A stretch of DNA of 64,000 nucleotides from an archaeon GW2011_AR20 (lineage in GTDB: Archaea > Nanobdellota > Nanobdellia > SCGC-AAA011-G17 > GW2011-AR20): assembly GCA_000830315.1 (NCBI GenBank), contig CP010426.1, forward strand, positions 738,496 through 802,495. The letters are read 5' to 3'. Shown here one piece after another: positions 10,481 through 19,380 of this stretch (position 1 is the first letter of the stretch; each line of letters starts with the position of its first letter). The notes below the pieces were generated by a model. It saw only the letters and a program-made list of their open reading frames with translations, was not told the DNA's origin and made no database searches. The translations under genes were made by a program, and so were the position numbers.

Positions 10481-10612
10481 AAAAATATTAAGATTGATTA
10501 CTTTTTAATCCTTACTAAAGTCCCTTTAAGTTAACAATACCCGGCGAGGTTACATTGGTGCATTAAGGGGACTTATCACAAGTCTTATAAATAAAAGAAT
10601 CATTATTCTAGT

Positions 10613-10816
10613 ATGCCTAAAAATCCAACATTTAATACCCTTTTTCTAGTAATATTTGTTGTTATCTCATTCTTTTTATTATTGTGGGGAGCAAATTCAT
10701 TAATGAAGAATATTTCTCCTTTCTCAACCGAAACTAATTTTATAATCTCTTTAATTATTGTAATTGGTTTCTTTGTTGGTGGTGGTTTTGCTTTCAAAAA
10801 GCTGAAGATAATTTAA
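10613..10816 (+). CDS. Small two-TM membrane protein
   Basis: Two hydrophobic segments; own TATA-like box upstream. Confidence 0.5.
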   Translation: MPKNPTFNTLFLVIFVVISFFLLLWGANSLMKNISPFSTETNFIISLIIVIGFFVGGGFAFKKLKII

Positions 10817-11030
10817 TCAATTCTAACCACTTATTATTTGAATTAAGTTTTAAATCGGTAGCAAGTTCGTAAGGACTACATTCTATCGCTTGATGTTTTG
10901 TAATGAAGTTATAATATATTTCAAAACCTTTCATAATTGATTGTGCTGAATATAAAGAGCCGTGAAATTGCCTGAATGTTTTTGTTCTATGTCTTATATT
11001 ATTGTGCAACCTTTCAATAGGATAATTAAA
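10794..11030 (-). pseudogene. C-terminal fragment of an IS6-like transposase
   Basis: NYPIERLHNNIRHRTKTFRQF...YYNFITKHQAI..PYELA matches the C-terminus of 9120-9989; N-terminal three quarters missing. Confidence 0.9.
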
Positions 11031-11077
11031 CAAATTAAATAAAAAATATGGTCTTGAGAATTTATTAGAAAATTGAG

Positions 11078-11151
11078 CGCCCAAGCCGGGATTTGAACCC
11101 GGGTTGCCACCGTGACAGGGTGGAGTCCTAACCGAACTAGACTACTTGAGC
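11078..11151 (-). tRNA. tRNA-Asp(GUC), no intron
   Basis: GCTCAAG/CTTGGGC acceptor, CCACC-CTGTCAC-GGTGG anticodon arm, CCGGG-TTCAAAT-CCCGG T arm. Confidence 0.95.
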
Positions 11152-11203
11152 TTAAATCTAAAAGAAATCTGTTTATTTTTAAAGTTTGTTATTTAAAAAT
11201 AAA

Positions 11204-11353
11204 TCTCCACGGCCAGATTTGAACTGGCAACCTCACGGGTTCAGCTATCTGTTTTTCATCCTTAGCTTTTGCTTTAAGTCAAACAGTGAATTCATCTACA
11301 GCCGTTAAAGCCATATTCGTCATATGTGTGCTCTGCCGTTGAGCTACGTGGAG
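11204..11353 (-). tRNA. tRNA-Tyr(GUA) with two introns: 22 nt at about 27/28 (11306-11327) and about 56 nt in the anticodon loop (11240-11295)
   Basis: C1-G72 acceptor CTCCACG/CGTGGAG-A (archaeal Tyr identity); CACGG/CCGTG stem restored after removing the inserts; GAGC/GCTT helix with ACA/TAA bulges for the stem intron. Confidence 0.88.
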
Positions 11354-11387
11354 GATTAATTAAAGAATAAACCTTTAGTTTTTAAAT

Positions 11388-11801
11388 TTAACTAACTAAG
11401 GTTATTGTAACTTGATCGTTATTTTTTTTAAGATTATAAGAGATTCCTGGCTCAAAATTTATCGGCTGATTGCTTACATCTGTGCTTAAGATTCTGGCGT
11501 ATTGTGTTCCTGAGCCCAGAGGAAATTCAATATAAATTTCTCTGCCTTCTATTTTCATTAGGTAATTTTTTCCGTTTAACTCATTAGGAAGTTTAATTAT
11601 CCTTGAATAACCATTCTCAACCCTTCCTGCTAAATTAATTTCATTTCTAGTTTGTTCAAGCAGGTTCTGGGCTGTTAATGTGTCTCTTCTGGAAACTGCA
11701 AATGAAAAATAGCCTGAAGACATAACCAAATAAATCAATAAAATAACAACAGCTACGCCGACGAAATACAAAAATTCTATTCCAATCTGGGATTTTTTCA
11801 T
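11388..11801 (-). CDS. Class III signal-peptide (type IV pilin-like) protein
   Basis: MKKS|QIGIEF followed by a hydrophobic stretch. Confidence 0.8.
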   Translation of the reverse strand: MKKSQIGIEFLYFVGVAVVILLIYLVMSSGYFSFAVSRRDTLTAQNLLEQTRNEINLAGRVENGYSRIIKLPNELNGKNYLMKIEGREIYIEFPLGSGTQYARILSTDVSNQPINFEPGISYNLKKNNDQVTITLVS

Positions 11802-11802
11802 T

Positions 11803-12366
11803 TTAAAGAGTTACGCATCGTGCATTTTCGCATGCCATTATTCCTGTACAAACTTCCTTAATATTCCACGCACCATTCGCGCATTCTAACACACATCCGT
11901 TATTACCGCACCCGCTGTAAGCAGGGGTTCCGCATGTTAATTCACCTCCATCGCATTGTATATTAATAAGAACAGAGTTTCCAAGGGATTTTACAACAAC
12001 ATTTTTCTTGCCGGGAGTAACCGGAATTGCACCATAAGATGATAAAGGTGCATCTGAAACCTTAACTATCTCGCTTATTTCATTTCCTTTTCCTTTTATT
12101 GTAAATATTATCTCGTTGCCAATAATATTAATGCTTTGCAGGCCCCGAGGAAAATCAATCCTTAATGTAACTTGAGTATCTGCCCCATAAACATTAACCT
12201 GGTTTGCTGCACCAACAATTTCATTTGTTATTGCATTAATCTTGGAGGTTGTTATTGCATAAGAACTCTCGCTAGAATAACGTGCATATAATATTGTGAC
12301 TGGAATCAATAAAACCAAAACCAATCCCACAATCACCAGATATTCTATAGCAACCTGCGCTTTAAT
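11803..12366 (-). CDS. Class III signal-peptide pilin-like protein with Cys-rich C-terminus; probable ATT start
   Basis: In-frame KA|QVAIEYLVIVG upstream of the ORF-track start; GAGGTGA SD lies 5 nt before ATT at 12366, and an in-frame TAA immediately precedes it. Confidence 0.75.
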   Translation of the reverse strand: MKAQVAIEYLVIVGLVLVLLIPVTILYARYSSESSYAITTSKINAITNEIVGAANQVNVYGADTQVTLRIDFPRGLQSINIIGNEIIFTIKGKGNEISEIVKVSDAPLSSYGAIPVTPGKKNVVVKSLGNSVLINIQCDGGELTCGTPAYSGCGNNGCVLECANGAWNIKEVCTGIMACENARCVTL

Positions 12367-12418
12367 TTATATCACCTCTTGAATAGAAATAATAAAAGTT
12401 AGTATATAAATATTTGGT

Positions 12419-12850
12419 TTAAATTTCCTGATAATGTTTTTTATTTTTACCTGTCAAATATTTTATAAATTCTAGAAATGGTTTTAATATTATATGGCCA
12501 CATAAATAAGTTCCATCAATTTTATTTTTGCTATTAATAGAATGTTTAAAGAATGCTTTGCTACCTCCTTGAGATACATTCATATCACTAATTCTTGAAC
12601 AATATATTAATGGTATTTGTGAGTATGTTTCATGAAATTTCCGAATTTTGTAACCTTCCCCAATTTGAGGATGAATAATTATTATATCAAACTCTGGTGA
12701 TAAAGACACTGGGTTTTCCTCAGCTTCGACCGAATATCCTTTAGCTTATAAAACTTTTAATAAATCCTCCAAATTTTTACCATATTCATCTGCTTCGCTC
12801 ATATTAAAATTATGATCAACTAAATAAATTTTGATTTTGTCTCTTCCCAT
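12419..12850 (-). pseudogene. Receiver(CheY)-like domain protein with an internal TAA
   Basis: MGRDKIKIYLVD...LLKVL*AKGYSV...FDIIII..IPLIYCS; stop at 12746-12748. Confidence 0.55.
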
Positions 12851-12851
12851 T

Positions 12852-14036
12852 TTACTCATACCTAAGAGCATCAACTGGTCTTAACTTTGAAGCCTGATAA
12901 GCGGGAAGTGCGCCTGAAATCATTCCGACCAAGAACGCAAACAATAGTCCAAACAACAACAAGCCGTATTCAATCCTGATGATTAATAAAAATCCGGACT
13001 GGGAAGAAATTTTTTCAACAATCAAAGCGACAATTGTCCCAAGTGCAGTTCCGAATATTCCCCCGACCAGACCCATTAATCCTGACTCAATCAGGAATAT
13101 TTTCATGATGTCTGAATTTCTTGCGCCAACAGCCTTCATTATTCCAATATCTTTTGTCCTTTCCAAAACGCTTGTATACATTGAATTCATTATTCCAATT
13201 GCCCCGACAATTAATGAAATAGCAGCTATTCCCACTAAAACAACCTGCATGATTCCAAGAACCTGGCTAATCTGCTCCAAAATCTGCGTAGCAGTCAATA
13301 CCTGAAAATTTGTATCATCCCTTTTCTGCTCTAATTCTTTTTCAATTTTTCTCTGCAATGCAGGAATATCAGTATCTGTTTTGGCCTGCGCGATTATGGT
13401 GTCAACATGATCTGGTTCATTAAAAACTTCCCTCGCAGTTTCCAGGGGAATATTAATCTGGTTGTCATCCTGAGAATTTCCAACTTCTTCCAATATCCCG
13501 ACAACCTTGAACTCGTGCTTGTTAATCTCAATCTTGTTTCCAATTCTTAACTCCTTTGAGAACATTTCTTTTGCAGCCCTTGCGCCTATGATGGCCGCGG
13601 ATTTCTCTCCTGATTTGATAAACCTTCCTTCCTTCATTTCAATGCCCGAATCTTCAAAAAATTCCTGGAAATCTTCAGAAGGAATTGCAGCAACTAAAGT
13701 AAATGCAACTTCTTTGTTGTTTATAATCTCGCTTGACCTGAATATTGCAGGAATTACATAGTCAAAGCCTGAAATCTTTTCAATGGTATCAACATCATCT
13801 ATTGTTAATCCCTGTGAAGCTGTTCCGGGTCCCTGGAATCCCCTTGAAGAAATTAATATCCTGTTTGCCCCGAAAGTTTCAAATTGCTCCTGTATTGTAT
13901 TTTCCAAGCCGCGGGAAAGTGTAATCAAAGAGATTATTGCAGCTACCCCGATAATTATTCCTATGATAGTCAGCCATGATCTTAGCTTTCTATGAAGGAT
14001 GCTGTTTACTGCAAGCAAAAAATATTCTGTAATCAT
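12852..14036 (-). CDS. ABC transporter permease, MacB/FtsX family
   Basis: RSWLTIIGIIIGV, SVLERTKDIGIMKAVGA, PVDALRYE. Confidence 0.93.
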   Translation of the reverse strand: MITEYFLLAVNSILHRKLRSWLTIIGIIIGVAAIISLITLSRGLENTIQEQFETFGANRILISSRGFQGPGTASQGLTIDDVDTIEKISGFDYVIPAIFRSSEIINNKEVAFTLVAAIPSEDFQEFFEDSGIEMKEGRFIKSGEKSAAIIGARAAKEMFSKELRIGNKIEINKHEFKVVGILEEVGNSQDDNQINIPLETAREVFNEPDHVDTIIAQAKTDTDIPALQRKIEKELEQKRDDTNFQVLTATQILEQISQVLGIMQVVLVGIAAISLIVGAIGIMNSMYTSVLERTKDIGIMKAVGARNSDIMKIFLIESGLMGLVGGIFGTALGTIVALIVEKISSQSGFLLIIRIEYGLLLFGLLFAFLVGMISGALPAYQASKLRPVDALRYE

Positions 14037-14857
14037 ATTTTTCTTTTTCTTAATTTCCTATAAATAAAGTAGATTATTACTATAGTAATTATAGGGATTA
14101 AAATGCTTAAGAAAATATTATTTTGAACCAGGCCAAGCTGCTTAGCCTCTTCTACGGTATAAACATTTAATGCCAATTCCTTGTTTTCAGCATACTCATT
14201 GTTGTTAACATCCTTGTAATTTATGTTGAATAATAATCTCGGATTTCTTTCTCTTGCAATTAATGTAAATTCGGCTGTTTCAAAATCCTCAACATCTATA
14301 TCGCTTATATAAACTGTATTTGATGATAAAATTTCATAGCCCTGCACCTGAATCAATGTTAATCTTAGTGATTTAATGTCGCTTAATCCAAGGTTTATTA
14401 ATTTTAAAATTATTTTCCCGTTGTCATTTACCTTGACAAGTTCAGAACTTTCCAGAACCAAATCCAATTCCGGTTTTGACTCAACATTTATGCTTATCAA
14501 AGATTCTTTTACGGTATTATTGTAGGTTATCTTTAAAGGTATCTTGTAGATTCTCGGTTCTGCTTCCGGCAATGCAATTAAATTAAATACAAGCTGTTTT
14601 CTCTCATCTTCCTCAATCTTTCCTGTAACCTGTTCTGTTGAACTGTCTACAGGAGCAAACGGCAGGTCTGTCAAATCAAGCTTAACTGCAACATTGCTCA
14701 CCTCATCTTCTCCGAAATTCTCCAGCATTATTCTTATGGTTAATTTTTCTCCAGGAGCAACCTTATTCGGCTGTGAAAATACCTCTTGAACTCCAATCTG
14801 CGCGCTAACCAGATTTGTTACAAGCAAAAGCATGAATAATAACATTAATTTTTTCAT
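14033..14857 (-). CDS. COG1361-type S-layer-domain protein associated with the ABC transporter
   Basis: Signal peptide, Ig-like repeats (PGE..I.LEN.G), C-terminal TM plus basic tail. Confidence 0.75.
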   Translation of the reverse strand: MKKLMLLFMLLLVTNLVSAQIGVQEVFSQPNKVAPGEKLTIRIMLENFGEDEVSNVAVKLDLTDLPFAPVDSSTEQVTGKIEEDERKQLVFNLIALPEAEPRIYKIPLKITYNNTVKESLISINVESKPELDLVLESSELVKVNDNGKIILKLINLGLSDIKSLRLTLIQVQGYEILSSNTVYISDIDVEDFETAEFTLIARERNPRLLFNINYKDVNNNEYAENKELALNVYTVEEAKQLGLVQNNIFLSILIPIITIVIIYFIYRKLRKRKI

Positions 14858-14858
14858 T

Positions 14859-15536
14859 TTATCCTCCCTTGTAGATTTCTCCGTCTCTTAGATTAATAAC
14901 TTTATTTGCTAATTTGGTTAATTCAAGATTATGAGTAACCAAGATTATTGTCTTGCCTTTTTTATTCAGGTCTTTCAAGATTTTCATTATCTCATCCCCT
15001 GTCTTAGTATCTAAATTTCCTGTTGGTTCGTCTGCCAGGATAATTTCAGGATCATTTATTAAAGCGCGGGCAATCGCAACCCTTTGTCTTTGTCCCCCCG
15101 ACAATTGAGATGGCAGATGATTCATTCGATCCTGCAATCCAACTAATTTTAAAACTTCCCTTGCTTTTTCTAATTTCTCTGCTCTTGAGATTCCTTGAAA
15201 TGTCATTGGCAAGGCAACATTTTCCAATGCAGTTAAGCTTGGAATTAAATTAAATGTCTGAAATATAAAGCCTATCTTCTTTCCGCGTATTTGTGCCAAA
15301 TCGCTTTCTGATAAATGCGAGATATTATGTTCCCCCAAGAAAATTTCACCTTTTGTCGGAGTATCCAAACAGCCGACCAGATGCATTGCTGTTGATTTTC
15401 CTGATCCGCTCGGCCCCATCAAAGCTACAAAATCACTTTTATTAACGCTTAAACTAATTCCGTTTATGGCAGGAATTTCAACCTCATCTAATTGATAAAC
15501 CTTCTCTACATTTGATAAATTAATCAAAGTTGTCAT
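14859..15536 (-). CDS. ABC transporter ATP-binding protein (LolD/MacB-like)
   Basis: [34 protein letters not shown]. Confidence 0.95.
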   Translation of the reverse strand: MTTLINLSNVEKVYQLDEVEIPAINGISLSVNKSDFVALMGPSGSGKSTAMHLVGCLDTPTKGEIFLGEHNISHLSESDLAQIRGKKIGFIFQTFNLIPSLTALENVALPMTFQGISRAEKLEKAREVLKLVGLQDRMNHLPSQLSGGQRQRVAIARALINDPEIILADEPTGNLDTKTGDEIMKILKDLNKKGKTIILVTHNLELTKLANKVINLRDGEIYKGG

Positions 15537-15634
15537 ATGCTTTTTGGAATTTTACAGGTATTTAAATGTTTTGTTCTATAATTATTTTAAAGTAGTAACA
15601 TACAGAAAGATTTAAAAATGATGGAATACTTAAG

Positions 15635-16219
15635 ATGGTTATGGTAAGCGAGATAGATTTATTTAATTTAGAGGACCCGAATTCCATAATAAGAAAAGTT
15701 GTGGGGGATGATGAATTAATAGATATAAGCGAATTAGCACAAAGAAGAGTTCAAATTCCGGTTGGATATGAAATCAAAGAATTGAGTATCGAGAACGGAG
15801 AGAGCAAAGAAATAAGTTCTTTAGTTGAGGATGAGATAAAAAAATTCGTTAATGAAGGCTACCCAGATAATATATACACTCCGATATATGAAGCCATTTT
15901 AAATGCGTATCAGCATGGAAATAAACGTGATCCGGACAAGAAAGTAAGATTTGCTTATCATCTCGGGGAATCTCACTTAGATATTTTAATTGAAGATGAA
16001 GGAACCATATTAAATTCGACTTTTGTGCCGTTCATATTAAAGCATAGGGAATCAGACGTTAAGAGCAAATATATTGATTTTTATAAATTTGCTCGTAAAG
16101 AAAAGCCCAAAGCCAATAACGGGACAGGAACATCCTTCATGCACGCTTACATGGATGAAATAAATTACTATTTGGGCGAGCATGGACTAATGGTTCATAT
16201 GGTTAAAAATAAAAATTAA
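15635..16219 (+). CDS. GHKL ATPase, RsbW/SpoIIAB-like Ser/Thr kinase
   Basis: EAILNAYQHGN (N box), IEDEG (G1), NGTGTSFM..YMDE (G2). Confidence 0.75.
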   Translation: MVMVSEIDLFNLEDPNSIIRKVVGDDELIDISELAQRRVQIPVGYEIKELSIENGESKEISSLVEDEIKKFVNEGYPDNIYTPIYEAILNAYQHGNKRDPDKKVRFAYHLGESHLDILIEDEGTILNSTFVPFILKHRESDVKSKYIDFYKFARKEKPKANNGTGTSFMHAYMDEINYYLGEHGLMVHMVKNKN

Positions 16220-17103
16220 TCTATTAATCCTAAAACATAGCTTAATGCATGGCTTGCTCTTAATGGTTTCTTAGTTTCTTTGGTTAATCTGAAGCTGTAA
16301 TCAAGTTTATCGCGCAGATTCTGTGTTAATCCAAATTTTTCATTGCCAAAAATCAGAATTATTTTATTGTTTTTATTTTCACTGTAAAATTTCTTGAGAT
16401 TATTTTCATCTAATTTTGAGTTTATGGAGAAGCCAATTTTAATGCCATCTAGTTTTTTGTTTATATTTAAAGTAAATTTTTCATAAGGGATTCCCTTCGC
16501 TTCTTCCTTTGCTTTATTAATTAAATTTGTGATGTTTTTATTCGTTAAAATATTCAAAGGCAGATTAAATATATAGCACAATCTCAAGAAATCCTTAATC
16601 TCTTCTTTATCCTCGGGATTTTCCAAAACGATTTCGATGTTTGAATCTTGTTTAAGCATTTTAAATTTCTCCCAATAATTGTTTGGAATAATAAATATTC
16701 TGTAATAAGAAATGCTTTGCTTCTTAATAAACTCTATATATATTATTTTTTCGGGATTTTCTGAAAATTTGCCTGATTTTAAGGAAGAATTAACTTTTTT
16801 GATTATTGATTTTCCAGATATGGGAATTTTGCTAAGAAATTTTACCTTAATAAAATAAGATTTTATATTTAAGTTTTCAAAATTATTTTTGAAGGTCTTG
16901 AAATTAAGTTTCTGCCAGTCTTTATACAATGGCAAGATTTGATTTATTTCTTCAAAATATAAAATTTCATCAATATCTTTGCTAGTTTCTAGAATTAAGC
17001 CATTATCTTCATAAAATTTAGCATCATTTAATCTCTCTTTAATTTTGTTTTTTAGTATTTCTCTATTTAATTCAAATTTATGTAAAACTAACAAATGTTT
17101 CAT
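16216..17103 (-). CDS. SPOUT (TrmH/SpoU-like) RNA methyltransferase with THUMP-like N-terminus
   Basis: ILIFGNEKFGL...PLRASHAL C-terminal knot motifs. Confidence 0.7.
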   Translation of the reverse strand: MKHLLVLHKFELNREILKNKIKERLNDAKFYEDNGLILETSKDIDEILYFEEINQILPLYKDWQKLNFKTFKNNFENLNIKSYFIKVKFLSKIPISGKSIIKKVNSSLKSGKFSENPEKIIYIEFIKKQSISYYRIFIIPNNYWEKFKMLKQDSNIEIVLENPEDKEEIKDFLRLCYIFNLPLNILTNKNITNLINKAKEEAKGIPYEKFTLNINKKLDGIKIGFSINSKLDENNLKKFYSENKNNKIILIFGNEKFGLTQNLRDKLDYSFRLTKETKKPLRASHALSYVLGLID

Positions 17104-17327
17104 AAATCTAATTAAGATTAAATTTATATAAGGCTTTTTATTTTATTTTTCCTTTTTAGCCCTATACTCTGGAATAGCTGGTAATCCAAAACCCGTTCTT
17201 ATTCTTTGATATATTTTATCTGAGATAAATGATGTGGATTACTTCGGATTTTCAACATTCCACATATTAAAGTACATTCCGGATTAATGGTAAGGTTTAT
17301 TAAAGTAAATTTTCTAATAACTTTTAA

Positions 17328-17434
17328 GTGGGAGTACCGAAGCGGCCAAACGGGACAGAATTACAAAAAAGTAATGTCCAGACTCAAGATCTGTTGGCTT
17401 AGTGCCTTCACAGGTTCGAATCCTGTCTCCCACA
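17328..17434 (+). tRNA. tRNA-Leu(CAA) with a 23-nt intron at 30/31 (17359-17381)
   Basis: GTGGGAG/CTCCCAC-A acceptor, long variable arm; GGAC/GTCC 4-bp helix with AGA bulges and an ATTAC/GTAAT intron stem. Confidence 0.93.
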
Positions 17435-17504
17435 CTTACCCCTTATTTTATAAAAAGATAATGTAGAGGGTAAGATTTATATACTAGTTCTTATTCTTAC
17501 TTCT

Positions 17505-18503
17505 ATGGTTTATATATATAAAAAAACAATTGGAGAAAAAAATTATTATTATTTAAGAGCTTCTCAGCGTAAAGGAGCCAAAGTAATTGTAAAGGATATA
17601 GCTTATCTAGGTGGAACTATAGAAGAAGTAAAAAAAGCATTGGAAAATCTGCCGAAATATTCTAATGAGATAAGGAAAGCTTACAAAACAATTAATAACT
17701 TTTTAGAATCAAATAGATATTTAGAGAAAATAAAATTATCAAAACTAAAAAAAGATAGATTTATTGATTATGAAAAGCTTCTTGAATTGGAAGCATGCAA
17801 GTTACATTTTAGCACAGATTTTAAAAAAAATAATGAACTTACTAAAAAAGAAATTTTAAAGAATTTTATTATAGAATTTGCCCATAATACAACTTCTATA
17901 GAAGGAAATACTATAAATTTAAATGAAGCCCGTAGCCTATTGCAAGATGGTTTAACACCAAAAAATAAAACCTTAAGAGAAATTTATGATCTGCAAAATA
18001 CTGAAAGAGTATTTTTAAAATTAATTAATTCAAGAGAGGATATCAATCACGAATTCATTCAAAACATTCATTCAGAATTAATGAAGAACATTGATGCTAG
18101 GTCAGGTTATAGAACAAGTGATGTTAGAGTAATAAAGGCTAATTTTAAAGCTACTCCAGCTCCCTATGTTAAAACAGATATGGAATTATTATTAAAATGG
18201 TTCAATGATAATAAAAATAAACTACATCCATTAGTTATTGCAAGTGTCCTTCATCATAAATTCGAAAAAATACACCCCTTTATGGATGGGAATGGAAGAA
18301 CCGGAAGAATGTTACTAAATTTTATACTTATGAAAAGTAATTATCCCCCTTTAATAATACTAAACAAAGAAAGAAAAGAATATTTAGATGCTTTAAGAAA
18401 AGCCGATAAATTAAATTTAAATGAAATTGATGAAGCTTATAAAGAACTTATCAATTTCAACTCAGACCAAATGATAAAAAACTATTGGAATATATTTCTT
18501 TAA
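17505..18503 (+). CDS. Fic-domain protein (class II, with inhibitory motif)
   Basis: HPFMDGNGRTGR; TTSIEGN. Confidence 0.93.
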   Translation: MVYIYKKTIGEKNYYYLRASQRKGAKVIVKDIAYLGGTIEEVKKALENLPKYSNEIRKAYKTINNFLESNRYLEKIKLSKLKKDRFIDYEKLLELEACKLHFSTDFKKNNELTKKEILKNFIIEFAHNTTSIEGNTINLNEARSLLQDGLTPKNKTLREIYDLQNTERVFLKLINSREDINHEFIQNIHSELMKNIDARSGYRTSDVRVIKANFKATPAPYVKTDMELLLKWFNDNKNKLHPLVIASVLHHKFEKIHPFMDGNGRTGRMLLNFILMKSNYPPLIILNKERKEYLDALRKADKLNLNEIDEAYKELINFNSDQMIKNYWNIFL

Positions 18504-18637
18504 TTTTCTTCACGCAAAGTTTTACATATTACCATACTATACAAATATATATCATTAAAAGATATATAGTTGCAGTGCAATCAAATCAGGCTTCTGAGCG
18601 TGTCTCCCACATCCCTTCTTAAATCAAAAGATTTATA

Positions 18638-18670
18638 TATTAGTTAATACTAATTAATTATTAACTAATA
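18638..18670. promoter_or_regulatory. Palindromic operator overlapping the TA promoter
   Basis: Perfect 12-bp inverted repeat TATTAGTTAATA / TATTAACTAATA adjacent to the TTTATATA box. Confidence 0.65.
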
Positions 18671-18680
18671 AATTTTAATT

Positions 18681-18965
18681 ATGAAAATGTTAAAGGTTAG
18701 ATATAGAAAAAGATTGAAACATTCTCCTACTTTAAATACCGTAATCATGGTAGAAGAAACTTTAAAAAAGATGAATGGAAGTGTTATAACCATAGCTGAT
18801 CTGAAGAAAAAACTACCAAAACAAATAAATCATAATATATTAAAGTTGATTCTTGAATATTTAGAAAAAAGCAATAAAATAGCCTTTAGTTTAAAAGGGA
18901 TAACATGGGTATACAATTCTAACCCTAATTTAAGAAGAGCTATAGCGACTGGTTTAGAAATATGA
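18681..18965 (+). CDS. Putative winged-HTH antitoxin
   Basis: HTH-like TIADLKKKL...ILEYLEKSNKI; ATGA overlap with the toxin-like gene. Confidence 0.6.
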   Translation: MKMLKVRYRKRLKHSPTLNTVIMVEETLKKMNGSVITIADLKKKLPKQINHNILKLILEYLEKSNKIAFSLKGITWVYNSNPNLRRAIATGLEI

Positions 18966-19309
18966 AAGAGGTAAGAGTAATTTTTTCTCCAGAGGCCGAA
19001 AAAGTATATAGATATTTAAATGAAAAAGCACAATTTTCAAAAAATGAACGCGTTATTTTAAATGCCATAAATAAAAAAATTGAGTTAATTAAAGCAAATT
19101 ATCATTATGGTGATCCAATCGCAAAGAATTTAATTCCCAAAGAATATAAAAAAGGATATGGAATAAATAATTTATTTAGGGTAGAACTTCCTAATTTTTG
19201 GAGAATGCTTTACACATTAACAAACGGAGAAAGTAAAATAGAAATAATTGCATTTGTTTTAGAGATTTTGGATCATAAATCGTATAATAAAAAATTTGGA
19301 TATAAATAA
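18962..19309 (+). CDS. Putative RelE/ParE-fold toxin
   Basis: VIFSPEA..., LFRVELPNFWRMLY, ILDHKSY. Confidence 0.65.
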   Translation: MKEVRVIFSPEAEKVYRYLNEKAQFSKNERVILNAINKKIELIKANYHYGDPIAKNLIPKEYKKGYGINNLFRVELPNFWRMLYTLTNGESKIEIIAFVLEILDHKSYNKKFGYK

Positions 19310-19380
19310 TAATCTTAAAGATAAATTGTCAACACGTAGAACATTTTATGATGGGGCATGTCTCCCACACTAATAAGAAA

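Larger units (their letters stand above)
7299..10541 (+). mobile_element. IS6-like (Zn-ribbon/DDE) transposon with passenger genes, 24-bp imperfect TIRs, 9-bp TSD CGGCGAGGT
   Basis: IRL 7299-7322 TGCATTGTTAAGTTATCGGGACTT vs revcomp of IRR 10518-10541 GGTATTGTTAACTTAAAGGGACTT (19/24); CGGCGAGGT at 7290-7298 and 10542-10550. Confidence 0.85.
10551..11030 (-). mobile_element. Truncated second IS6-like element (one TIR, passenger gene, transposase C-terminal relic)
   Basis: TIR-like TACATTGGTGCATTAAGGGGACTT at 10551-10574 (17/24 to IRL) directly after the TSD; transposase relic on the minus strand. Confidence 0.75.
17424..19371 (+). repeat. Three direct copies of the tRNA-Leu 3' end TGTCTCCCACA (17424-17434, 18601-18611, 19359-19369) delimiting two cassettes
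   Basis: Exact 11-bp GC-rich repeats in an AT-rich background; first and third copies extend to 13 bp. Confidence 0.85.

Noticed and set aside
11031-11084. N-terminal part of the 96-aa ORF 10794-11084
   Set aside because: It starts inside tRNA-Asp; only the portion from NYPIERL onward resembles a transposase.
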